Source: Nitrospinales bacterium
Lineage (GTDB): Bacteria > Nitrospinota > Nitrospinia > Nitrospinales > VA-1
Reading direction: 5' to 3'
Length of the DNA: 64,000 nt
NCBI GenBank assembly: GCA_965223345.1
Contig: CBDCWG010000012.1
Location: 1,152,001 to 1,216,000 of the forward strand
Part shown: piece after piece, positions 18,774 to 26,883 of the stretch
Position numbering within the stretch: the stretch's first letter is position 1
Layout: each line of letters opens with the position of its first letter
Notes under the pieces: model-generated
The model's database searches: none
Seen by the model: the letters and a program-made list of their open reading frames with translations, nothing else
Told to the model about the DNA's origin: nothing
Position numbers and translations under genes: made by a program

Positions 18774-21317
18774 TTAAAGACTTTCTTTAAATTCTTTTTC
18801 CCAGTTCAGGACGCGCAGTTTGGATTCGGCGGCCTGTTTGATGAGCGCGTCGGTTTCTCCGGACTGGATCAGGGTGTTGAGCTTGGCGTTCAGCTTGGGC
18901 GTGTCTTTCAATTGCTGGTAGATGTCCGCCAACAGATAGTCCGCCCAATCGCGCAGCGGATGTTCGGGAAAAAGATTGCGCGCCGATTCGAGGGCGCGTG
19001 AAGCCTGAGCATACCGCTTCATTTGAAAGAGCGCAATGCCCATCCGGTAATAGGACCGGCGGATGTGGTCGGGAACGATTTTGATCGTGCGGTCGAAGGA
19101 GCCGATCGCTTTCAGATAGTGCCGCACGGCTTTGGGCAGGTCGTTCAGGCTGTAGTGGGTCTCGGCGATCAGGTACTGGGTTTCGTGCGCCCCGCCTTTT
19201 TCTTTCAGCGCCAGCTGCTGGTACACCCGCAGGGCTTTTTTGAACTGCTGCCTTCCCGCATGCGACTGCGCCAATAGCTTCATGGCTTCGGGCAGGCGCG
19301 GGCTTTGCGGGTAGTTTTTGGTGAACGATTTGGCGATCAGTTCCGCTTCTTTGAAATTTTTCTGTTCCAGGTGAATCTGCCCGAGGTTGAGAAAGATCCG
19401 GTCGCGGTACAGCTTCCTGGAATCCATCTCGCGGATGCGCTCATAGAACTTCAGCGCCTGCGGATACATGCCGATGGCCTGATACGCTTCGCCGATCTGC
19501 AGCAGGGTCTTGGTATTGTTCACCTCCCCCAGGGAAAGGCTGACGAAATCGCTGTAGGAGTACAGGATCGGCAGCACGCCGCCCTGCCGGGAATACTTGT
19601 CCACCAGGAACACCAGAGTCTGCTTGATGTATTTTTTCGCCCGCATGTGAAACGTCGTGTCCGGTCCCATCGGCAAGAGCTTTTTGAACTCCGTCAACGC
19701 CTTGAGGTAGCTCTGCTCCTTCAGATGGGCGACGCCGCGGCTCAACGTGGCTTCCGCGAGGATGTCCACGTCTTTGGCCTGACGCAACACCGCTTCATAG
19801 GTTTCAAACGGCTGGTAGTAGGGGCTGGAATCGTAGATGACCTCCTGAACCTTGAGCCGCGGATCGAGGATGCCGATGTCGGCCATGCGGATCTTTCCGT
19901 ACTGGGCGGCGGCGCTTTCCGGGTTGCGCTTGGCGGACTCGTCGAACACGGCCAGCGCGTTCAGGTACTGGCGCTCGATCAGGTAGGAATCCCCGATCAG
20001 GTTGAGGGCGCGGTGCGCCTGCGGATGAGCGGGGACCAGGTTGATCAGGCTGTAGAAATGCTCGCGCGCCGGTCCGTACCGCTTCTGGCGGTAATAGATG
20101 TCGCCCATGTTGAAATGAATCTGCGGTTTGTTGTTCAGCTCGGAAGGCCACCGGCGCTCGCCGTCTTCGTAGATTTCCAGGGCCCGCTCGGGATTGTCCA
20201 CTTCGTAATAATGGTCCGCGATCTGGAAAATGGCGTCGCGCGCCTCGATGTTCTTGGGGGATTTGACCAGCAGCCGTTTGAACGCGGTGTGCGCGTCCTC
20301 GTAGCGGCCCTCCTTGAGCATCATGGAGGCGAGGCTGGTCTTGCGGGACGGCGTGTAGGGGCTGTCCGGCTCCTCCTTCAGCACGTTCTCATAGATCGTC
20401 TTGGCTTCGAGGATGAATCCCATCTCGGAAAAAATGAAAGCGATCTTGTCTGTGGCGTGCGCCGCGAACGGCGATTTGGGAAACTGGCGGATCGCTTTTT
20501 TGTAGGCGTCCAGCGCGTCCTCATAAATGGGATTGGGTTCCCGAAACGCGATCTGAAACTTGGCCTCGGCGTTCAGGTACACGATGTGGTCCAGGTATTT
20601 GCTGTCGGGGAAACGATCCATGAATTCGCCGAACAGTTTCACGGCTTCCGGATAATTGCGGTCCTGGTAGGTTTTCAGAGCGGCCTGGTATTCGTCGAGC
20701 CCGCTGACGAGGCGGTCCTCGACGTTCTGCCGGTTGAGTGCGCGCAGTTTCGCAGGCGTCATGCCTGCGACGGTGGCTTTTCTCCCGCTCTCGGCCGGTT
20801 GCGGTTGCGGTGGAAAACGTTTTGCAGTTCGTTCGGGGCCGGGCGTTTGCAGTCCGGAGCCGGAGTTGCCGATCTCCGTTTGAATGACGGGTTTTTTCTC
20901 GGCCTTCAAATCGACGACGATGCGCGCCTTTTCCGCATCGAGAAAATGGAAAAAACGGGTGTTGGTGCTCTTGAGGTGAAAGACGATGTCGAGGGTGCCT
21001 TTCCCGGTCCGCACGTTGATTTTTTCCAGGTTGCGGTCCTTGAAGGTGCGCGAGCGCACCGCCGGATTGACGCGCACGCGGTTCAGCTTCAGGGTGATCC
21101 GTTTTCTGATAAAATTCGCTTCGACGTCGTATTTCGCGGGTTCGCTCAATTGCACGATGATGCGGGTGTATTCCGGGTGCGGGCCGATGCGGACTTTTTC
21201 CACCTGCGGCAGGCTGGCCGCACCGGAAGGCAGGGCCGCAAAAAAAGCGGCTGCCAGACACGCCAGCAAAACGGGCACGCGTTTGCGTATGGAAATGGTT
21301 TTTGTTTGTGCGATCAT
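18774..21317 (-). CDS. Exported tetratricopeptide repeat protein with N-terminal AMIN-like domain
   Basis: Signal peptide, VRIGPHPEYTRIIVQL...RIVVDL (AMIN-like), then many TPR/BamD-like repeats (FPDSKY, YPQSP). Confidence 0.8.
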   Translation of the reverse strand: MIAQTKTISIRKRVPVLLACLAAAFFAALPSGAASLPQVEKVRIGPHPEYTRIIVQLSEPAKYDVEANFIRKRITLKLNRVRVNPAVRSRTFKDRNLEKINVRTGKGTLDIVFHLKSTNTRFFHFLDAEKARIVVDLKAEKKPVIQTEIGNSGSGLQTPGPERTAKRFPPQPQPAESGRKATVAGMTPAKLRALNRQNVEDRLVSGLDEYQAALKTYQDRNYPEAVKLFGEFMDRFPDSKYLDHIVYLNAEAKFQIAFREPNPIYEDALDAYKKAIRQFPKSPFAAHATDKIAFIFSEMGFILEAKTIYENVLKEEPDSPYTPSRKTSLASMMLKEGRYEDAHTAFKRLLVKSPKNIEARDAIFQIADHYYEVDNPERALEIYEDGERRWPSELNNKPQIHFNMGDIYYRQKRYGPAREHFYSLINLVPAHPQAHRALNLIGDSYLIERQYLNALAVFDESAKRNPESAAAQYGKIRMADIGILDPRLKVQEVIYDSSPYYQPFETYEAVLRQAKDVDILAEATLSRGVAHLKEQSYLKALTEFKKLLPMGPDTTFHMRAKKYIKQTLVFLVDKYSRQGGVLPILYSYSDFVSLSLGEVNNTKTLLQIGEAYQAIGMYPQALKFYERIREMDSRKLYRDRIFLNLGQIHLEQKNFKEAELIAKSFTKNYPQSPRLPEAMKLLAQSHAGRQQFKKALRVYQQLALKEKGGAHETQYLIAETHYSLNDLPKAVRHYLKAIGSFDRTIKIVPDHIRRSYYRMGIALFQMKRYAQASRALESARNLFPEHPLRDWADYLLADIYQQLKDTPKLNAKLNTLIQSGETDALIKQAAESKLRVLNWEKEFKESL

Positions 21318-21352
21318 CGCGGCGCCTGGATAAAGAACACAATTTAATTAAA

Positions 21353-21367
21353 GCAAATTCCATACCG
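21353..21367 (-). promoter_or_regulatory. sigma54 (-24/-12) promoter of TPR-kinase-regulator operon
   Basis: Minus strand CGGTATGGAATTTGC(T), GG-N10-GC, ~35 bp before start 21317; near-IHF ATTCAACACCTTA (minus) at 21446-21458. Confidence 0.7.
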
Positions 21368-21600
21368 GGATTGCCAATGAATTCCGGAACGCTCAACCCG
21401 ATGAAAACGGACGGGTTAACCCCTTTCTTCGCTTGTGAAAACATGTAAGGTGTTGAATAATAAGAGGGGCAAGTTTTTTGCGCTGATTTTACGGAGGAAT
21501 GACCGCCTTACAACCGATCGATGACCTGTCATTATTTTGACTGAAGCCGGGGTAAAACCTTCAACCTGGAGCGCCTGCGTGCTTCGGGGATCGGGAGCCC

Positions 21601-22704
21601 ATGGAACCCAGCCGGATCGAAAAACTGAAAAAGCAGGAAGCGCGGGTGGTCGGAGATCTGTTGAAAAAACAGAACGCCATGCTGGGCCGCGCGCTGTTCG
21701 ATCTGGACCAGCTCATCGTTCTGCAAAAGAGCATCAGCCTGATGCGGCTTGAGGAAATCAACCGGATCCTGGCGCAGAAACTCCCCACCATCCTTTCCAT
21801 CCAGTATTTTTCCCTGTTCCTTTACGACAAGAACAAACGGCTCCTGCATCTGTCGAGCCACAACCATCCCGATCTCAGCCCCGACCTCACCATCCGCCAG
21901 AGCGAATCGGAAATCATGAACCAGGCGCTGGTCTCGGGCAAATACATTCTCGAGCAGGAATTTTCCAGTTCCCGGTTTTATCAGGGAAGCAAGAACCCGT
22001 TGTACGGCTCGGATTTTTTCGTCACCATTCCCTTGATGATCGAAAACGAAAACATCGGCGTGCTCAACCTGAACGACAATGAAAAGGGTTATTTCAACGT
22101 GATGGATCTGGACTTCATCCTCAACGTCTCCGAGTTCATCTCCCTGTCCATCAGCAACGCCCAGTCGTTCGAACGGGCCGAACGGCTTTCGGTGACCGAC
22201 GGGCTGACCGGGCTGACCAACCGGCAGCACATGCAGTCGCTTCTGAAAAGTGAGGTGCTGCGGAGCCGGCGCTACAAATCGCCGCTGTCGCTGGTGATGC
22301 TGGATGTGGATCACTTCAAGCAGGTCAACGACACGTTCGGCCACCAGGAAGGCGACGACGTGCTGCTCGCCCTCGCATCGGTGCTCAAGCGGGTCTGCCG
22401 GTCGCAGGATGTGGCCGCCCGCTACGGCGGCGAGGAATTCGTGCTGGTGCTTCCGGAAACCAAGGCCACCGGCGCGTGGGTGATCGCCGAGCGCGTCCGG
22501 GAAGCGGTGGAGAAGATCGTGTTCCGGCACAGCTCCACGAACTATCGCGTCACCGTGAGCTGCGGCATCGCGGGGTTCGATCCGCACACCGTGGCCGATC
22601 ACATCGATTTGATCCGGGTTGCGGACCTGGCGCTGTACCGGGCGAAAGAAACCGGCAGGAACCGTTCCGTGCAATGGACGCCTGAAGAGTTCAAAGACGA
22701 ATGA
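21601..22704 (+). CDS. GAF-GGDEF diguanylate cyclase
   Basis: TDGLTGLTNR, DVDHFKQVNDTFGHQEGD, I-site RSQD, ARYGGEEF, ADLALYRAKETGRN. Confidence 0.93.
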   Translation: MEPSRIEKLKKQEARVVGDLLKKQNAMLGRALFDLDQLIVLQKSISLMRLEEINRILAQKLPTILSIQYFSLFLYDKNKRLLHLSSHNHPDLSPDLTIRQSESEIMNQALVSGKYILEQEFSSSRFYQGSKNPLYGSDFFVTIPLMIENENIGVLNLNDNEKGYFNVMDLDFILNVSEFISLSISNAQSFERAERLSVTDGLTGLTNRQHMQSLLKSEVLRSRRYKSPLSLVMLDVDHFKQVNDTFGHQEGDDVLLALASVLKRVCRSQDVAARYGGEEFVLVLPETKATGAWVIAERVREAVEKIVFRHSSTNYRVTVSCGIAGFDPHTVADHIDLIRVADLALYRAKETGRNRSVQWTPEEFKDE

Positions 22705-23552
22705 CCACACCGACTCTCGAATCCTTCCAGTCCCTCAACGGGCTGCCGTCGCTGCCGGGGCAGATCGTCGGCTTTCTCGATGAGATCGACGGCGCCTCGG
22801 CCACGGACTACAACATCCTGCAAAAGATCCAGTACGACCCGGCGATCGTGCTCAAGATCATCAAACTGGCGAACGCGCCGTTGTATGGATTCCGCTCGAA
22901 GATCCACTCGCTGCAGCAGGCGGCGGCGCTTCTGGGGCCGGGCGCCATCAGGAACCTGGTGTTGACGACGCCCATCCTGGAACGCTACCAGGACATGGCG
23001 CAGGTCGCGCTCAACGTCGATTACCCCAATCTGTGGCTGCACATGGCGGTCACCGCGGCGATCGCCAGCCGTCTGGCCAGCTCGATCGAGGGAATGGAAC
23101 CGGATGTCTGCTTCACGGCGGGGCTGCTGCACGGAACCGGTAAGATCGCGCTGGCCACCCGTTATCCGCAATCTCTGGCGGAAGTGCTGCGCACCGCCGC
23201 CAACCAGAACGTGAGTTTGCGAGAAGCGGAACGGGAGATCCTGGGATTCACCGACACGGACATTTCCGCGGTCATCGCGAAGGGATGGCGGTTCCCGCAC
23301 AGTCTGACGCGGGCGCTGCAAAACTGCTGCAACACGCGCGAGGAAGGGATCGCGGAAAAACTGCCGGCGGTGCTGTTTCTGGCCCGCAGCCTCGCGGCGC
23401 AATGGGGCTATCCCGATTCTTTGACGGTGGAAGACAACGAAGAACGGGACGATCTGCTCGCCGTTCTCAACGTGTCGGATGCGGAGTTGAAAGAACGGTC
23501 GCCCAAATTGCGCGAGTTTGCGGAACTGGCTGCGCGGTCGCAGGGATTGTGA
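22701..23552 (+). CDS. HDOD domain protein
   Basis: LPSLP, DPAIVLKIIKLANAPLYG, AAALLG, LWLH, FTAGLLHGTGK, EREILGF; ATGA overlap with GGDEF gene. Confidence 0.9.
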   Translation: MTTPTLESFQSLNGLPSLPGQIVGFLDEIDGASATDYNILQKIQYDPAIVLKIIKLANAPLYGFRSKIHSLQQAAALLGPGAIRNLVLTTPILERYQDMAQVALNVDYPNLWLHMAVTAAIASRLASSIEGMEPDVCFTAGLLHGTGKIALATRYPQSLAEVLRTAANQNVSLREAEREILGFTDTDISAVIAKGWRFPHSLTRALQNCCNTREEGIAEKLPAVLFLARSLAAQWGYPDSLTVEDNEERDDLLAVLNVSDAELKERSPKLREFAELAARSQGL

Positions 23553-23569
23553 TCGCGGTCGATTTCACT

Positions 23570-25513
23570 TCATGCCGGTTTGTTCGCATCGAGCGAGGCG
23601 ATGAGTTCTTTCAGCGCGCGCGACATCGCTACCGGATAGGCGGTTTTTTCTTCCAGGCGCTGCAACGGATCAGGCAGCGCTGACAGTGACATGCGGCTGC
23701 GCTCGCGGATTTCAGCGAGGGAGGGATGCGGCCGCGTTCGCTTTCCCGCACGCATCACCGGCTGCAACAACAGCGTTCCTTCCTGCGTTTCCTCCTTGCG
23801 CGTCACCACATCCTTCAACATGCGGCCTTGTTCATCGAACAGGCGGTACACCTGTTTCGCTCCGGGGACGGTGGATTTGTCCTGCGAGCGCTTGCGCCGC
23901 GGCTGCCCCGCGTATTCCTGCAGCTTGTAGACGCAGTTGAGGCTGGGTGCGTCCGCGGAGGTGGTCAGCCGCGTTCCCACCCCGTAACCGTCGATGGGGG
24001 CGTGGCTGCGTGCGAGCTCGAGGAGTTTTGTTTCGTCGAGGTCGCCGCTGGCGAGAATGCGCACATCCTCGTGTCCTTTTGAATCGAAAATATCCCGGAC
24101 CGTGCGCGCCAGCGCGGCGAGATCGCCGCTGTCCAGGCGCACGCCGTGCAGCCGGCCGCCGGTCTGCTTGAGTTGCGTCGCGAGTTCTGCGGCCCGGTGC
24201 GCGGCCCGTTCGGTGTCGTAGGTGTCCAGCAGCAGCACGCAGTTGTCCGGCTGCGACGCGGCGAAGTCCCGGAAGGCCTGGGTCTCATCGCCGTGCGCCA
24301 GGATGTAGGAATGCGCCATGGTGCCGAACAGCGGGATGCCCCAGTGCGCCCCGGCTTGCACGGTGGCGGTGCCGGTGAAACCGGCCAGGTAGCTGGCCCG
24401 CGCCGCCAACAGCCCCGCCTCGGCGCCGTGCGCCCTGCGGAAACCGAAGTCGATGAGGTTTTTACCGTTGGCGGCGAGAATCAGGCGCGCCGCCTTGCTG
24501 GCGACCAGGATCGGGTACTGCAGCAGATTGATGATGCGCGATTCGACGAACTGCGCCTGCGACAGGGGAGCGGTGATTCGCAGCACCGGCTCGTCCGCAA
24601 AAAACACCGTGCCTTCCGGCATCGCGTCCACGTCTCCTGTGAAGCGAAACGCGGTGAGCGATTGCAGGAACGCTTCGCTGAAATGCCCGCTTTTGCCCAA
24701 CGCCGCAATCTCTTCCGTTGTGAAGCGCAGGTTTTCGAGATAGTCCAGGCAGTGTTCCAGACCGGCGGCGAGCAGAAAACCCCTTTCCTGTGGCAGCGCG
24801 CGCACGTAAAACTCGAACACCGCCGCGGCGTCCATGTTTTTTTCCCAGTAGCTGTTGAGCATGGTCAACTGGTACAGATCGGTCAGCAGCGGGGAGGGAT
24901 CGATGATAGGAGCGCGAAAATCCGCAAGCCGGCTCAGCGTGCAGCCCGCACGCACCATGTCCTCGATGGCGTTGAGTCCGTCGCCGGGATTCAGCTCGAC
25001 GGCGCGCACGGCGTCTTCCAGCAGGACCACCGTGAACCCTTCCTGCAGGGCGTCCTTGACGGTGTGCCGAATGCAGTAGTCGGTGGCGAGGCCGCCGACG
25101 AACACGCGCTGAACCTTGAGCGATCGCAGCCGCGCGGCGAGGTCGGTGCCCTGAAAGCCCGAATAGGCTTCGGCATCGGATGCGAACCCTTTGGAGATGG
25201 TCTCCGCCGCCGCCGGCAGTTCGAGCGCCTCGGCAAAGCGCGCCCCGGGACTGTCCTGCACGCAGTGCGGCGGCCAGGGACCGCCGTTGTCTTTGAACGA
25301 ACAGTGGGTGACGGGATGCCAGTCGCGGGTGGCGAACACCGGGAGTTGTCTGTCGGAGAAAAGCGCGAGGTACGCATTCAAAACCGGCACGACGGCGTCG
25401 CCGTGCGGGACGGCGAGCGCCCCTTCGGGCAGAAAATCGTTCTGCACGTCCACCACCAGCAGCGCGTCGCCGGGACCCAGCGTCCATCGCGAGTTTTCGT
25501 TGGGGGCCGCCAT
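23570..25513 (-). CDS. pncB: Fused nicotinamidase (PncA) - nicotinate phosphoribosyltransferase (PncB)
   Basis: N-term VDVQNDF, DWHP, WPPHC, ISKG, GLATDYC (PncA); C-term LLTDLYQLTM, DFGFRRAHG, GTMAHS, LLDTYD, VRLDSGD, VYKL (PncB); one reading frame. Confidence 0.93.
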   Translation of the reverse strand: MAAPNENSRWTLGPGDALLVVDVQNDFLPEGALAVPHGDAVVPVLNAYLALFSDRQLPVFATRDWHPVTHCSFKDNGGPWPPHCVQDSPGARFAEALELPAAAETISKGFASDAEAYSGFQGTDLAARLRSLKVQRVFVGGLATDYCIRHTVKDALQEGFTVVLLEDAVRAVELNPGDGLNAIEDMVRAGCTLSRLADFRAPIIDPSPLLTDLYQLTMLNSYWEKNMDAAAVFEFYVRALPQERGFLLAAGLEHCLDYLENLRFTTEEIAALGKSGHFSEAFLQSLTAFRFTGDVDAMPEGTVFFADEPVLRITAPLSQAQFVESRIINLLQYPILVASKAARLILAANGKNLIDFGFRRAHGAEAGLLAARASYLAGFTGTATVQAGAHWGIPLFGTMAHSYILAHGDETQAFRDFAASQPDNCVLLLDTYDTERAAHRAAELATQLKQTGGRLHGVRLDSGDLAALARTVRDIFDSKGHEDVRILASGDLDETKLLELARSHAPIDGYGVGTRLTTSADAPSLNCVYKLQEYAGQPRRKRSQDKSTVPGAKQVYRLFDEQGRMLKDVVTRKEETQEGTLLLQPVMRAGKRTRPHPSLAEIRERSRMSLSALPDPLQRLEEKTAYPVAMSRALKELIASLDANKPA

Positions 25514-25630
25514 CGTCTTCCCATCCGTTCGTTGAGGATCGTGAAGGGCTATTATGGCCTGAAGCCGGGCCGGCTGGCAAGCCGGGCGCGAAAAGCGGGA
25601 TGGTTGCGGATGCGTGCCGCTGCCGGGGAA

Positions 25631-26692
25631 CTACAGTTCGGGTCCCATGAAGCGGATGAAGCTCTGCAGGATTTTGGGATCGAATTCTTCGGCCATCTGA
25701 TTGTTCATGAGGTTGAGAGTGTCGAACGGGGACATGGCTTTTTTGTAGGAGCGGCGTGTGGTGAGGGCGTCGTAGACGTCCATCACTTTGCAGATGCGGC
25801 CGTAGAGGGAGATCTGCTCGCCCACCAGACCGTTCGGGTAGCCGTTGCCGTTGTACTGTTCGTGGTGGTCGCCGGCCATTTTCACCACGTTGGAGCGGTA
25901 GCAGCCCATGGAATCGAGCATCGCTTCGCCCAGAGCGGCGTGGCTCTTCATGGTCTCGAATTCCTGATCGGTGAGCTTGCCTTTTTTGTTGATGATCAGC
26001 GCGTCGATCTGCGCCTTGCCGACGTCGTGCAGCATGCCGCCGAGGCCGAGGTCCTTGATGTCGTTCTGCGACATGTTGGTTTTGATGCCGTAGACCATGC
26101 AGTACAGGCCGACGTTGACGCTGTGGGTGTAGGTGTAATAGTCCTTGTTGGTGATCATGGACAAGCCGTAATACCCGGTGCTGGAGCTGGCCAGGCACTG
26201 CTCCATGATGTCCATGACTTCTTCCGAAGTCTGGAGGACCTTCTGCGAGGCGTTGTATTCAAAAAATTCCTGCATGATCTCCTGGGACACATTGTAAATT
26301 TTCTGGGTTTTCTGTTTTAACGGGACCTTGGGGTTGGAGATCAGGTTTTTCAGGCTCTGGGTGACGTGGTGGTAGTACTTGATCAGGTCCTCTTCGCGGA
26401 CAAAATAATCCTGCGTGGGTTCGCCTTTTTCCAGGATGTTCTGGATCTTTTCCTGGTGACGCGGGTCGGTGCTGGCGAACTTCACGTAGCGAACCGTGCC
26501 GAAGGACCGGGTCTGGTAAAAGATCTCGAAATGCTCGCTGGACCGGGATACCAGAAACTCCAGGTTGATGGGGCGGAACTGCTCCTGATCCTGTTCGATG
26601 GCGGTTTTCACGATGGGCTCGCAACGATCCTGAAAATGGGCTGTTTGGGGGCCTTCTTCACCAGTATAAGGGGGGCTCCGGCGGCCAATCAA
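25631..26692 (-). CDS. HD-GYP domain c-di-GMP phosphodiesterase
   Basis: YTYTHSVNV, LHDVGK, HHEQYNGNGYP, DVYDALTTRRSYK; real start may be GTG near 26611. Confidence 0.9.
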   Translation of the reverse strand: MIGRRSPPYTGEEGPQTAHFQDRCEPIVKTAIEQDQEQFRPINLEFLVSRSSEHFEIFYQTRSFGTVRYVKFASTDPRHQEKIQNILEKGEPTQDYFVREEDLIKYYHHVTQSLKNLISNPKVPLKQKTQKIYNVSQEIMQEFFEYNASQKVLQTSEEVMDIMEQCLASSSTGYYGLSMITNKDYYTYTHSVNVGLYCMVYGIKTNMSQNDIKDLGLGGMLHDVGKAQIDALIINKKGKLTDQEFETMKSHAALGEAMLDSMGCYRSNVVKMAGDHHEQYNGNGYPNGLVGEQISLYGRICKVMDVYDALTTRRSYKKAMSPFDTLNLMNNQMAEEFDPKILQSFIRFMGPEL

Positions 26693-26702
26693 GCCTTTGA
26701 TT
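26663..26702 (-). promoter_or_regulatory. Putative sigma70 promoter for HD-GYP gene overlapped by palindrome/IHF-like site
   Basis: Minus strand TTGATT-18 bp-TATACT; AATCAA-GCCT-TTGATT palindrome at 26687-26702. Confidence 0.45.
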
Positions 26703-26883
26703 TATATGTATTTATTGTAGTTTTCGGTCTTTGGGGACGGGGTGCGGGGGATTTATTTCAACATTTACTGTAAATGCTAATTTATCAAGCGTTTTGCCCT
26801 CTGGAGGGAAGGCGGCACGGACGGAACCGGATGCGCCGGGGCCGGATTTTGCGTGAAAAAATTTTCGTCCGGGCGGCCCGGAA

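Noticed and set aside
19305..26320. Long ORFs 19305..21347 (+), 24146..26320 (+) and 24462..26198 (-)
   Set aside because: They overlap well-supported TPR, pncA-pncB and HD-GYP genes on the opposite strand or in another frame; low-complexity Arg/Gly/Ala-rich translations.
26687..26702. FNR/CRP box
   Set aside because: Half-sites are in the reverse order (ATCAA...TTGAT) relative to the FNR consensus TTGAT-N4-ATCAA.
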